DNA from: an uncultured Gammaproteobacteria bacterium | GTDB lineage: Bacteria; Pseudomonadota; Gammaproteobacteria; JACCXJ01 | NCBI GenBank assembly: GCA_963764725.1 | Contig: CAVXTM010000001.1 | Location: forward strand, 384,001-448,000 | Length of the DNA: 64,000 nt | Direction of reading: 5' to 3' | Shown: in pieces, positions 1-9,367 of the stretch | Layout of the letters: every line of letters starts with the position of its first letter | Numbering within the stretch: position 1 is the first letter of the stretch | Made by a program: the position numbers and the translations under genes | The notes under the pieces: generated by a model | What the model was told of the DNA's origin: nothing | The model's database searches: none | Seen by the model: only the letters and a program-made list of their open reading frames with translations

Positions 1-530
1 ACATCACGCTCGGCATCGGCCTGGCAACGGCGGACGGCCTCACGGCCGCCGTGGCGCACTTGTTCAATCACGGCATCACCAAGGGAGCGCTGTTCCTCCT
101 CGTCGGCGGCATTGCGCTGCGTGCTGGGGGCGCGGGCTTCGAACGCCTGCGCGGCCTCGCGCGCGCCATGCCGCTCACCACGCTCGGCATCACGCTCGCG
201 GGGCTGTCGCTCATCGGCGTGCCCGGCACCGCGGGCTTCGTCAGCAAGTGGTACCTCGTGCTGGGCGCAGTCCGGGCCGAGGCCTGGTGGCTGGCCGCGC
301 TCGTGGTCCTGACCTCGCTCATCGCGGTGGCCTACGTCTGGCGTTTCGTGGAAGCGGCCTACCTGAGCGAGCCCGCACCGGGCGCGACACCGGCGGCCGA
401 AGCTCCGGCGTCGATGCTCGCCCTGTCCTGGGTGCTGGTCGGCGCCTGCCTGTGGTTCGGGTTCGATACTTCCTTCACCGTGGAGGGCGCGCGGCGCGCG
501 GCGCTCCTCATGCTCGGGGGCGCGCCGTGA
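1..530 (+). CDS. Mrp/Mnh-type cation/H+ antiporter subunit D family protein (5' end outside window)
   Basis: HLFNHGITKGALF and SLIGVPGTAGFVSKW motifs of NuoL/M/N-MrpD family; hydrophobic. Confidence 0.85.
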   Translation, partial: ITLGIGLATADGLTAAVAHLFNHGITKGALFLLVGGIALRAGGAGFERLRGLARAMPLTTLGITLAGLSLIGVPGTAGFVSKWYLVLGAVRAEAWWLAALVVLTSLIAVAYVWRFVEAAYLSEPAPGATPAAEAPASMLALSWVLVGACLWFGFDTSFTVEGARRAALLMLGGAP

Positions 531-1981
531 CCGCCGCGCAGTTGATCCTCGGTTGCCTGGCGCTTCCCGCGGCGGGCGCAGCGGGGATCGCGCTCGCCGG
601 GCGCTGGCCCAACCTGCGCGAGACGGTGACGCTCGCCACCGCCGTGCTGCTCTTCGCCTCCGTGCTGGGTCTTCTGCCCAAGGTGCTCGACGGCGGCGTG
701 CCGCAACTCTTCCTGATCGAGATGCTGCCCGACATCGCCCTCGGTTTCCGCGTCGAGCCGCTCGGCATGCTGTTCGCGCTGGTCGCCTCCGGCCTGTGGA
801 TCGTGAACTCGGTGTATTCCATCGGCTACATGCGCGGCAACGACGAGCCGCACCAGACGCGCTTCTACGTGTGCTTCGCGCTCGCGCTCGCCGCCACCAT
901 GGGCATCGCGTTCTCGGCGAACCTGCTGACGTTGTTCCTGTTCTACGAGATGCTGACGCTCGTGACCTGGCCGCTGGTCACGCACCACGGCGACGACGAG
1001 GCGCGCAGGGGCGGCCGCATCTATCTCGGGTTCCTGATCGGCACCTCGATCGCGCTGCTGCTGCCGGCGATCATCGCCACCTGGGCGCTTGCGGGCACGG
1101 TGGAGTTCACCCCGGGCGGCATCCTGCGCGACAATGCCTCGGGGTCCGAGATCGGCGGGCTGCTCGTGCTCTTCGTGTTCGGCATCGGCAAGGCGGCGCT
1201 GATGCCTTTTCACCGCTGGCTGCCGGCGGCGATGGTGGCGCCGACGCCGGTTTCGGCGCTGCTGCACGCGGTGGCGGTGGTGAAGGCGGGCGTGTTCGCG
1301 GTGGTGAAGGTGCTGGTGTACGTGTTCGGCGTCGATCTGCTGACTGGGGCGCGCGCCGCTGACTGGCTGCCGGCGGCCGCCGGCTTCACCATTGTGGCCG
1401 CGTCCATCGTCGCGCTTCGCTCGGACAACCTGAAGCGCCGCTTGGCGTATTCCACCGTGAGCCAGCTGTCCTACGTGGTGCTGGCGGCAGCGCTACTCAC
1501 GCCGCTGTCGGTGGCGGCCGCAGTCCTGCACATCGCGACACACGCAGTGGGCAAGATTACGCTGTTCTTCGCCGCCGGTGCGATCTACACCGCCTCGGGC
1601 AAGACCGAGGTGAGCGAGCTCGACGGCATCGGCCGGTGCATGCCCTGGACCATGGGCGCGTTCACGATAGGCGCGCTGTCGCTCGTCGGCATCCCGCCGC
1701 TGGCGGGATTCATGAGCAAATGGATGATGTTCCAGGGCGCGGCGCAGGCTGGCAACGGCATGGCGCTTGCCGTGCTGGCGCTCTCCACGCTGCTCAACGC
1801 GGCTTACTTCCTGCCGATCGTGCATGCAGCGTTCTGGCGCGCCCCACGCGAAGGCGATCCCGCGCACGGCGAGGCGCCGTGGCCGAGCGTCGTCGCGCTG
1901 GTCGCGACCGCCGCAGCGACCATCGTATTGCCCTTTGCCGCCGCGGTGCCCCTGACGCTAGCGCGCGCCGTGGCCGGATGA
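527..1981 (+). CDS. Monovalent cation/H+ antiporter subunit D family protein
   Basis: GTG at 527 overlaps the upstream TGA; motifs FLFYE, KAALMPFHRWLPAAMVAPTPVSALLH, LKRRLAYSTVSQ. Confidence 0.88.
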   Translation: MTAAQLILGCLALPAAGAAGIALAGRWPNLRETVTLATAVLLFASVLGLLPKVLDGGVPQLFLIEMLPDIALGFRVEPLGMLFALVASGLWIVNSVYSIGYMRGNDEPHQTRFYVCFALALAATMGIAFSANLLTLFLFYEMLTLVTWPLVTHHGDDEARRGGRIYLGFLIGTSIALLLPAIIATWALAGTVEFTPGGILRDNASGSEIGGLLVLFVFGIGKAALMPFHRWLPAAMVAPTPVSALLHAVAVVKAGVFAVVKVLVYVFGVDLLTGARAADWLPAAAGFTIVAASIVALRSDNLKRRLAYSTVSQLSYVVLAAALLTPLSVAAAVLHIATHAVGKITLFFAAGAIYTASGKTEVSELDGIGRCMPWTMGAFTIGALSLVGIPPLAGFMSKWMMFQGAAQAGNGMALAVLALSTLLNAAYFLPIVHAAFWRAPREGDPAHGEAPWPSVVALVATAAATIVLPFAAAVPLTLARAVAG

Positions 1982-1994
1982 GAAGACGAACAGG

Positions 1995-2246
1995 ATGAAT
2001 CCCGACAGGAAGCGCTACTGGCTCGACGATCCGAGCAACGTCACCAAGCTCTACCGCGGCTTGTGGGGCGTCGGCATCCTGCTGGTGCTGCTCGACTTGG
2101 CGGTGCACCGGCACGCCGAGGCCGGGTTCGACGGCTTGTTCGGGTTCTACGGCCTGTACGGCTTCGTCGCCTGCGTGGCGCTGGTGCTGGCGGCGAAGTT
2201 GCTGCGCCGGGCAGTGATGCGGCCCGAGGACTACTATGATCGCTGA
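1995..2246 (+). CDS. Small two-TM membrane protein of the Mrp-like cluster
   Basis: 83 aa, two hydrophobic segments, packed between the antiporter genes; ends RPEDYYD. Confidence 0.7.
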   Translation: MNPDRKRYWLDDPSNVTKLYRGLWGVGILLVLLDLAVHRHAEAGFDGLFGFYGLYGFVACVALVLAAKLLRRAVMRPEDYYDR

Positions 2247-3927
2247 CATTCCCGCCGGGCTGATCCTCATCGCCGCCGGCCTCGCGGCGCCGCTCGTGCC
2301 GCGGCCCTTGCGCGGCTGGCTGCTGTTGGCGGCACCGTTCGTCGCGGCGGCACAGCTCCTGGCCCTGCCGGTAGGCGCGCGCGTCGACGTCGAGGCTTTC
2401 GGCTTTGCGCTGCAGATGGTGCGCGCGGATCGGCTGAGCCTAGCGTTCGGCTATATCTTCGTCATCGCCGCCTTCCTAAACGTGCTATTCGCCTGGCACG
2501 TGCGCGACGGCGTCGAGCAGGCGGCCGCAATGGTCTACGCGGGCGCCGCGGTGGCGGCAGTGTTCGCCGGCGACCTGCTGACATTGTTCGTGTTCTGGGA
2601 GCTGACGGCCGTGGCCTCGCTGGTCGTGGTGTGGGCGCAAGGGTCGAAGCGCGCCTATGCCGCCGGCATGCGCTACCTCGTGATCCAGCTCGGCTCGGGC
2701 ATGCTGCTCGCCGCCGGCGCTGCGCTACGCTACGCCGAGACCGGCTCGCTCGCCTTCGACCTCATCGGGCTGGACAGCCCGGCTGGCGCACTGCTGCTGC
2801 TGGCCTTCGGCATTAAGTGCGCGTTTCCGCTGTTGCACAACTGGCTGCAGGACGTGTACCCGGAAGCGAGCGCCACCGGCACCGTGGTGCTCTCGGCCTT
2901 CACCACCAAGCTCGGCATCTACGCGTTGGCGCGCGCCTTTCCCGGCACCGAGATGCTGGTGTGGGTGGGCGCGGCCATGGCCGCGTTCCCGATCTTCTAC
3001 GCGGTGATCGAGAACGACCTGCGCCGCGTGCTCGCATACAGCGTCAACAACCAGCTTGGCTTCATGGTGGTGGGCATCGGCCTGGGCACCGACCTCGGCG
3101 TGAACGGCGCTGTGGCGCACGCCTTCGCCGACATCCTGTTCAAGGCGCTGCTGTTCATGTCCATGGGCGCGGTGCTGCTGCGCACCGGCACCGTGAACGG
3201 CACGGATCTCGGGGGGCTGTACAAGTCGATGCCGTGGACCGCGGGCTTCTGCATGGTAGGCGCGGCCTCCATCTCGGCCTTCCCGCTGTTCAGCGGCTTC
3301 GTCACCAAGTCTATGATCATGGTCTCCGCTGCCCAGGAAGGCTACCTGCTGGAATGGCTAGTCCTGCTGTTCGCGTCGGCGGGCGTGTTCCATCACGCCG
3401 GAATAAAGATTCCGTTCTTCGCGTTCTTCGCCCATGACTCCGGCATCCGTTGCAAGGAAGCGCCGCAGCACATGCTCGCCGCCATGGCGCTTGCCGCGCT
3501 GCTTTGCATCGGCATCGGCTGCTTCCCGGCCGTGCTCTATGCCATCCTGCCGCGCGCCGTGGACTACGCGCCCTATACCGCCTCGCACGTGCTCTCGCAG
3601 TTGCAACTCCTCGTGTTTTCCGCGCTCGCCTTCTCGGTTCTCATGCGCACCGGGATCTACCCCCCCGAGATGCGCTCGGTGAACCTGGACTTCGACTGGA
3701 CCTACCGGCGCATGGGCGCGCGCCTCGCGGCGGCGGGCGCGGGGGCGATCGGGGCACTCAATGCGGCCTGCGCCCGGGGCCTGAATGGCACCGCGCAACG
3801 CGTCGGCGGGTGGCTGCAGGGCGTGCATGGCGCCGAGGGCATCCTGGCTCGAACGTGGACCACCGGAAGCATGGTGCTGTGGGTGGCGCTGATGCTCGCC
3901 GCCTACCTCCTGGCGTATTATCTGTAA
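2236..3927 (+). CDS. Na+/H+ antiporter subunit D (Mrp family)
   Basis: FVFWE, KCAFPLLHNWL, SAFTTK, ENDLRRVLAYS motifs; many TM helices. Confidence 0.88.
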   Translation: MIADIPAGLILIAAGLAAPLVPRPLRGWLLLAAPFVAAAQLLALPVGARVDVEAFGFALQMVRADRLSLAFGYIFVIAAFLNVLFAWHVRDGVEQAAAMVYAGAAVAAVFAGDLLTLFVFWELTAVASLVVVWAQGSKRAYAAGMRYLVIQLGSGMLLAAGAALRYAETGSLAFDLIGLDSPAGALLLLAFGIKCAFPLLHNWLQDVYPEASATGTVVLSAFTTKLGIYALARAFPGTEMLVWVGAAMAAFPIFYAVIENDLRRVLAYSVNNQLGFMVVGIGLGTDLGVNGAVAHAFADILFKALLFMSMGAVLLRTGTVNGTDLGGLYKSMPWTAGFCMVGAASISAFPLFSGFVTKSMIMVSAAQEGYLLEWLVLLFASAGVFHHAGIKIPFFAFFAHDSGIRCKEAPQHMLAAMALAALLCIGIGCFPAVLYAILPRAVDYAPYTASHVLSQLQLLVFSALAFSVLMRTGIYPPEMRSVNLDFDWTYRRMGARLAAAGAGAIGALNAACARGLNGTAQRVGGWLQGVHGAEGILARTWTTGSMVLWVALMLAAYLLAYYL

Positions 3928-4016
3928 GGCGGACGGTTGCTTGAATGTAGGCGAAGGCTTGAACGCGCTTAAGGTGAGTTGCGTAAAATCTTCAGGCGGT
4001 AATAAAGCGCTGTACC

Positions 4017-4052
4017 GCGACCCAGCCGCGCATCGCAAAGCGGCTGGGTCGC
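4017..4052. terminator. Hairpin between convergent genes, probable terminator
   Basis: 13-bp inverted repeat GCGACCCAGCCGC...GCGGCTGGGTCGC; no strong U-tract. Confidence 0.5.
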
Positions 4053-4068
4053 ACTCTGTACAAACACA

Positions 4069-4665
4069 CTATTGGTAGTAACTCTCTAGCTGTCTATTCC
4101 AGTCTCGGTCCGCCACTTCGGGCCAGTCGTTGTCTTTGAAGCTTGGCGCGTTCTTCCACGCGGTCTGGTCCAGGTTGAGGGTAAAGCCATCTGCTTGGCT
4201 ATTCAGGCTCAGCGCCTTCCACGGAACCGCACGCAGCGTATCCCCCACTCCTAGCAAACCGCCAGAGGAGATCACGACATAAGCAATATTCCCATTGTCG
4301 AAGTTAAGAACGAGATCGTGGATTTCGCCGAGAGCTTCGCCCTGGGAATTCTTTACCTTCATCCCAATAACAGTCTTCGCGCGGTGCGTCTGCGCGAGAT
4401 CGCGCCGGAGATCCGCGCGTGCCTCGGTAACATCTTGCCTTTCTTCCATCACATCCTTGCGCGCTTCGGTCACATCCTGTTGCTCGTCACGTTGCCCTTC
4501 GAGCACATCTTGCTGCTCTTCTCGCACGTCCTGCTGCTCGTCCCGCACATCCTCTTGCTGTTGTAGCACTTCTTCGCGTTTATCTTCGACATCCACCGCC
4601 ACTACCGGCGCCGCCATGCCCACGGTCAGCGCCGAGACGGCCAAAAACTTGTATACATCTCTCAT
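4069..4665 (-). CDS. Secreted PRC-barrel domain protein
   Basis: GGAGG RBS before ATG 4665; signal peptide; EEQQDV-like repeats; PRC motif VIGMKVKNSQGEALGEIHDLV...GGLLGVG...VPW. Confidence 0.85.
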   Translation of the reverse strand: MRDVYKFLAVSALTVGMAAPVVAVDVEDKREEVLQQQEDVRDEQQDVREEQQDVLEGQRDEQQDVTEARKDVMEERQDVTEARADLRRDLAQTHRAKTVIGMKVKNSQGEALGEIHDLVLNFDNGNIAYVVISSGGLLGVGDTLRAVPWKALSLNSQADGFTLNLDQTAWKNAPSFKDNDWPEVADRDWNRQLESYYQ

Positions 4666-4742
4666 GATAACCTCCACATTAATACGACTCTCGATTGACC
4701 CCGGCGCCGCGGATGCGACACCGCCGTTCGCTACGGCGACGT

Positions 4743-5177
4743 TCAGACCCTAGACATCAAGCCATCGATTGTTCTAACGTGCATCCGCTGGGTTGCGAGT
4801 AGATCGCTGATGAGCGTTTTCTGATCTTGGGGTACGCCCGCATCGCCCAGAACATCCGCATACTCTTTCAAGCCGCTTTCCTCGCCTTCCTTCAAGGCCC
4901 TCAGCGCCGCCTTGTCACCAAAGAGCTGGGCTGTTCCCATGACAATCTTCGACCAGGCGCCCCATGCGCCAGAACTATGCACTGGCTCCCCACCCTTTTG
5001 ACGAATTGCCGCCTCGATCCGGGAGGCTGCTCTTTGATGGTCGTTGAGGATTGCACTCAGTTCATCGAACGCCGGTAAGTGCTCGGGATCGGTGTCTTTC
5101 TTCTCTAGGGCCTGCTGATAGGTTTCTATCGCCGACAATTCGCTCTTCAGCACCTTATTCAGTTCATCGTGCATCAT
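4743..5177 (-). CDS. Ferritin-like four-helix-bundle protein (DUF2383/PA2169-like)
   Basis: ELSAIETYQQAL, GGEP..SSGAWG, LKEGEESGL motifs; RBS GGAGG. Confidence 0.75.
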   Translation of the reverse strand: MMHDELNKVLKSELSAIETYQQALEKKDTDPEHLPAFDELSAILNDHQRAASRIEAAIRQKGGEPVHSSGAWGAWSKIVMGTAQLFGDKAALRALKEGEESGLKEYADVLGDAGVPQDQKTLISDLLATQRMHVRTIDGLMSRV

Positions 5178-5252
5178 ATTAACCTCCGGTTCGTTGAGAC
5201 GTGAATTCCACCGCGAGCGGAGACACTGGCCCGCGGTTCGTTTATACCTTCC

Positions 5253-5267
5253 ACAAGCTTCGTGCCA
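5253..5267 (-). promoter_or_regulatory. Sigma54-type -24/-12 promoter, with IHF-like site at 5285-5297
   Basis: TGGCAC-GAAGC-TTGT on minus strand; AATCAATTTGTTA matches WATCAANNNNTTR. Confidence 0.6.
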
Positions 5268-5401
5268 TTGGATATGTCTATATCAATCAATTTGTTAAGC
5301 GAAGGAGCGACAATAGGTATCGGTAACAATTACCTACGAGTAGCGTAACTTCTACAGAATCGCGTGGCTCGGCAGAGTGACGCGTTTGGGCCCGCTACTA
5401 A

Positions 5402-5641
5402 CTAAGGAGAGGCAGAAGCCGCCCCGCCTTCCCGGCCTCCCTTCCTGGCCGGAGCCTTGTTCACGGTTCTTCCGCGGCCGGAACCGGTTTTCTTACCGCC
5501 GCCGGTGATCTTATTGACGGTTGCCCAGGCGCGAGCTTCGGCCTGATCTTCGGGCACGCCGCGCTCGAGGTAGCCTTCCTCAATGTGTGCAGCCTGACGT
5601 TTCTGCTTGTTTGTGTACCTCGACTTGTCTCTTCTTGCCAT
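5402..5641 (-). CDS. Small basic stress-associated protein ('plasmid stabilization protein'-like)
   Basis: DKSRYTNKQKRQAAHIEEGY...AEARAWATVNK..GGG pattern. Confidence 0.7.
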   Translation of the reverse strand: MARRDKSRYTNKQKRQAAHIEEGYLERGVPEDQAEARAWATVNKITGGGKKTGSGRGRTVNKAPARKGGREGGAASASP

Positions 5642-5831
5642 GGCGATCTTCTCTTAGTTTCCTAGGCTGCCTATTGCGCGTTACTCTCTCCGGAACGTCT
5701 TCGCAGCGGCATCCCGCTCTCCAGCGCATTCAGAAGATGGTCCTCGGGGATCCTCCGGAATCATTGAAAACCCGTTGCCGGAAACCCAGCCATTCCTGGA
5801 CTGGGTCCCGGCAGGCGAACGAACTACGCAT

Positions 5832-6008
5832 CTACCACCATCGCCATGAGCTTCGACCCCATCCCATAATGAGACTAACGGCGAATACGATCAGGAAGAG
5901 CCAAAATAGGGTTTGAGCGATCCCCGCGGCGCCGGCGGCGATCCCTCCAAAACCGAAAAGTGCGGCAATTAATGCAATGATTAAAAACAATGCGGCGTAA
6001 CTTAGCAT
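5832..6008 (-). CDS. DUF1328 (YtjA/UPF0391) small membrane protein
   Basis: [31 protein letters not shown], typical of the family; RBS GGAGG. Confidence 0.9.
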   Translation of the reverse strand: MLSYAALFLIIALIAALFGFGGIAAGAAGIAQTLFWLFLIVFAVSLIMGWGRSSWRWW

Positions 6009-6110
6009 CTCGAAACCTCCTGCCCCCTTGGGGATAAATTGACTGATGTTCGGCTTTACCACAGCCTGGTCACATTACCAGCTCGGAAAAAACAAGCCTA
6101 ACGCGACACG

Positions 6111-6125
6111 GCAATGACTGTGCCA
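6111..6125 (-). promoter_or_regulatory. Sigma54 -24/-12 promoter
   Basis: TGGCAC-AGTCA-TTGC, full consensus, upstream of the DUF1328 gene. Confidence 0.7.
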
Positions 6126-6522
6126 CGGCGGCTGCCGCAGTCTAAGTCACGGTTTGTGTTACTAAAGCTTATGCTTAAACCACCCCGTGAGGACGACACT
6201 GTCAGTAAGTATTACCGCAGGAGGCGTAAAGCTTACCGGCGTCGCGGGTTGCCCTATCTCTACCCTACCCTACCCTACCCTCAGCGAGGCATGCTATCCG
6301 GTAATCTTTACGTCCTCTCTGCAATATTTACATACCGGTATCAATGAATGCGCTTTGGTATCTATTTGATCCTGCAGTCTATTGGGTCACCGGTTAGCTG
6401 GGCACCCTTCGTGCGATGCGGTAAGTAGGAAGGTTCTGACCGAATCGTAAGTCGTGTGGGGATCAACGGACCGGACCTGAGCTAACGGGATCGTTTCAGG
6501 GCCTTCCTCTTATAGACAGAGT

Positions 6523-7551
6523 ATGCCTGCAAAGCAGGCTCATCAGAACGATTTTCCGTTCAGGAGTATGAATATGATGGCTAATCCTTCAAAGTATGGG
6601 CGTGACCCCAACGTCCCAGACCGCGATCTACCCCCGGTGACGGTGACCAGTGTAGAGAGCGTGGAATATGTGGCACCGAAACGCATCGCGTGGGGTGCGG
6701 TTTTTGCTGGCGTCGTGCTCGCGATTGGTATCCAAGTCTTGTTGAACATGTTGGGCACGGGGATTGGTGCAAGCACGATTGACCCACTGAGGGGCGACAC
6801 GCCCAATGCCGAAGTCTTGGGTATGTCGGCAGCCGCGTGGTGGATCCTGTCGGGTCTTATTGCGCTCTTTGTCGGTGGGTGGACCGCCGCCCGGCTCGCG
6901 GGCATACCGCGCCAGGTAGACGGGATGCTCCATGGCTTACTGGCCTGGGCTCTCTCGACCTTGGTAGTCTTTTACTTTGTCGGGACCGTCGTGGGAAGCT
7001 TGATCGGTGGTACGTTCAATTTGATCAGCGGTGGCGTTGCAGCGGTGGCCCCCCAGGTAGCCGACGCCGTCGCATCGGAAGCGGATCTCTCCTGGGAGAA
7101 CATTAGGCAGGAAGCGCGGCAGTTATTGCGTCAAACCGGCACCCCCGACCTACAGCCCGAGGCGCTGGAGCGGCGCGCGGAGCAAGCGTCCGGCGCGGCA
7201 ATGAGCGATCAGGAAATCGACTCATTATTAGGCGGCTTGATCCGTCAAGGCGAAGCGGTAGCCTCCGAAGTAGATCGTGAGGAAGTCGTGAATGTCCTGA
7301 TGGCGCGGACCGATATGAACCGCGCGGAGGCTACGCGCACCGTCGACAATTGGATTAGCACCTACGAGCGCGCCACGATCGAGGCAAATCAGCAAGCGCG
7401 CCAGGTGGCGGATACGACAGCCGATGCCGTATCGAAGGCGTCTATCTGGGGATTCCTGGCGCTACTCATCGGTGCCGCCGCAGCGGGTTGCGGCGGAATC
7501 ATCGGCACCCCGCGAACGCCGGTCGTCGCACGGACGCCGATTGCTTCGTAA
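6523..7551 (+). CDS. Conserved hypothetical membrane protein (stress-cluster type); start uncertain
   Basis: RIAWGAVFAG, GGWTAARLAG, GMLHGLLAW; about 4 TM helices plus a soluble loop. Confidence 0.7.
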   Translation: MPAKQAHQNDFPFRSMNMMANPSKYGRDPNVPDRDLPPVTVTSVESVEYVAPKRIAWGAVFAGVVLAIGIQVLLNMLGTGIGASTIDPLRGDTPNAEVLGMSAAAWWILSGLIALFVGGWTAARLAGIPRQVDGMLHGLLAWALSTLVVFYFVGTVVGSLIGGTFNLISGGVAAVAPQVADAVASEADLSWENIRQEARQLLRQTGTPDLQPEALERRAEQASGAAMSDQEIDSLLGGLIRQGEAVASEVDREEVVNVLMARTDMNRAEATRTVDNWISTYERATIEANQQARQVADTTADAVSKASIWGFLALLIGAAAAGCGGIIGTPRTPVVARTPIAS

Positions 7552-7599
7552 GGGTTTTACGTTCCCCCCAGAGTCGGGGGAACCCTCGGCTGCGGCGGG

Positions 7600-7783
7600 C
7601 GTCGTCGCGCATCGGTGAGGGATAAAACGGTATCAGCCATCGCGGTAACCGAGCTAGTGGAGGTATTGGAGCTTCTCCGTCAATCCGCCTAAATCTCCGA
7701 CGCCGTCTTAGCAGCCGTCGTAGAACGCCTTGACATGGAGCTGATAGATGATTGCATCTTTGTGCCAGAGCGGATCGTCTCCA
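7600..7783 (-). pseudogene. treS: Trehalose synthase N-terminal remnant
   Basis: Manual translation DDPLWHKDAIIYQLHVKAFYDGC*DGVGDLGGLTEKLQYLH*LG, then after a frameshift WLIPFYPSPMRDD; truncated. Confidence 0.85.
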
Positions 7784-7817
7784 AAGGCCTCGGAGAGTTT
7801 GACGGGATTGCGAGCTT

Positions 7818-7920
7818 TTATGTAACTTCCATGAAGTAATCGAAGTCCTGCTCGCTCTGGAAAATGTGCGCCTTCACGCTGCTGAGATTGAGCTCAATGC
7901 AATTGCGCTCGATGCCCTCT
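7818..7920 (-). pseudogene. Probable C-terminal remnant of maltosyltransferase GlgE
   Basis: Translation GIERNCIELNLSSVKAHIFQSEQDFDYFMEVT* resembles the GlgE C-terminus; lies directly upstream of the treS remnant. Confidence 0.55.
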
Positions 7921-7933
7921 CGCTGCTCCCGCA

Positions 7934-9367
7934 TTAGCCGGTTAACGCCTTTCGGCTTCGCCGCAGCGGTTCGCGTCGCACCGAGCCGTTCGCGTGCGGG
8001 CTATTGCGCAAGGAGCTTATGAAGCTCTCGCACCAGGTGCGGATCGTTTGAGTACGGATGGGAGCGATCATCGATTCCCACCGTGCCCGACGTTCGGCCA
8101 GCGCCATCAACAGGCCTTGGTGCAAGGCTTCCGTGATCTGGTCGATGTCAAATGGATTCACGATGAGCGCGCCGTCTAGCTCCCGCGCGGCACCGGCGAA
8201 GCGGGAGAGAATCAGTACGCCTGGATCCTCGGGGTCTTGTGCCGCAACGTATTCCTTGGCGACGAGGTTCATGCCGTCGCGCAAGGGCGTCACGAGCCCG
8301 ACTTGGCTCAAACGATAGAACCCCGCGAGCATCTTTTGCGACAAGGTCTTGTTGAGATAGCGAATGGGTGCCCAATCGAATTCCGCGTAGGTGCCATTGA
8401 TGCGTCCTGCGGTCTGCTCGATCTGCTGACCCAGTTGGCGGTATTGCGCGACGTCGGTCCGCGAGCGCGGAGCGATTTGCAGCAGCGTGACGTGGGTGCG
8501 ATGCTCCGGCCAGTTGGCGAGCAGCTTTTCGTAGGCCGTAAACCGGTTCGGTAGACCCTTGCTGGGGTCGAGGCGGTCGACACCAATGATCAAGTGTCGA
8601 CCCGCTAGGCTCTGCTGCAAACGCCGTGTCTCGCGGGAGCTGGCTGCGCTGGCGGCCATGCGAGCGAATCGATTCGTATCGATGCCAATCGGGAAAACCG
8701 CGGCGCGTGAGTTGCGCCCAAAGGCCGTGAAGCGACCATCGGCTAAGAGTTTCCCCTCAGCCTTGTTGACGATGTAATACTGGAAGGCGCGTAGGTCTTG
8801 GTCCGTCTGAAAACCGACTAGGTCATACGTGCAGAGTGCCTCGACCAGCGTTTCGTGGCAGGGCAGGAGCTCTAGCACGGAGGCCGCGGAGAACGGCGTG
8901 TGAAAGAAGAAACCAATGCGGTTCCTGAGTCGCAACTGACGTAGCTCATTGCCGAAGGGGATGAGATGATAGTCATGCACCCAGACCAGATCATCGGCTT
9001 GCACGAGCGGTGCGAGCGCCTTTGCGAACGTGTTGTTGACCCGCAGATAGCCCTCAAAGTCCTTGCGGCGGAACTCCAATATCCCAAGGCGGTAATGGAA
9101 CAGGGGCCACAGCGTGGTGTTGGAAAATCCGCTGTAGTAATGCGCGTGATCATCGTGGCCCAGATTGATCGTCGCATAGGTAACATGCCCCGAAGACACG
9201 ATCTGCGGCGCTGTTGAGGTCTCCTCCGCTACCTCGCCACTCCATCCAAACCACAAGCCACCATAACGGCGCAAGGCATACCCCACGCCCAGTGCGAGCC
9301 CGCCGGCGCGGGCGCTGCGCTCGCGCGGTAGGATCACCCGGTTTGAGACGATCACCAGTTTCGCCAA
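7934..9367 (-). CDS. otsA: Trehalose-6-phosphate synthase
   Basis: LVIVSNR, GGLA, WFGWSG, LWPLFHY, WVHDYHL, GVDRLD, RDGMNLVAKEY motifs; TTG start with RBS. Confidence 0.95.
   Translation of the reverse strand: MAKLVIVSNRVILPRERSARAGGLALGVGYALRRYGGLWFGWSGEVAEETSTAPQIVSSGHVTYATINLGHDDHAHYYSGFSNTTLWPLFHYRLGILEFRRKDFEGYLRVNNTFAKALAPLVQADDLVWVHDYHLIPFGNELRQLRLRNRIGFFFHTPFSAASVLELLPCHETLVEALCTYDLVGFQTDQDLRAFQYYIVNKAEGKLLADGRFTAFGRNSRAAVFPIGIDTNRFARMAASAASSRETRRLQQSLAGRHLIIGVDRLDPSKGLPNRFTAYEKLLANWPEHRTHVTLLQIAPRSRTDVAQYRQLGQQIEQTAGRINGTYAEFDWAPIRYLNKTLSQKMLAGFYRLSQVGLVTPLRDGMNLVAKEYVAAQDPEDPGVLILSRFAGAARELDGALIVNPFDIDQITEALHQGLLMALAERRARWESMIAPIRTQTIRTWCESFISSLRNSPHANGSVRREPLRRSRKALTG

Noticed and set aside
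4410-4580. Repetitive DNA in the PRC-barrel gene
   Set aside because: Explained by heptad EEQQDV-like coding repeats.
6260-6281. (CTACC)4 microsatellite and ORF 6114-6347
   Set aside because: Short intergenic repeat within a regulatory region; the ORF has no protein-like features.
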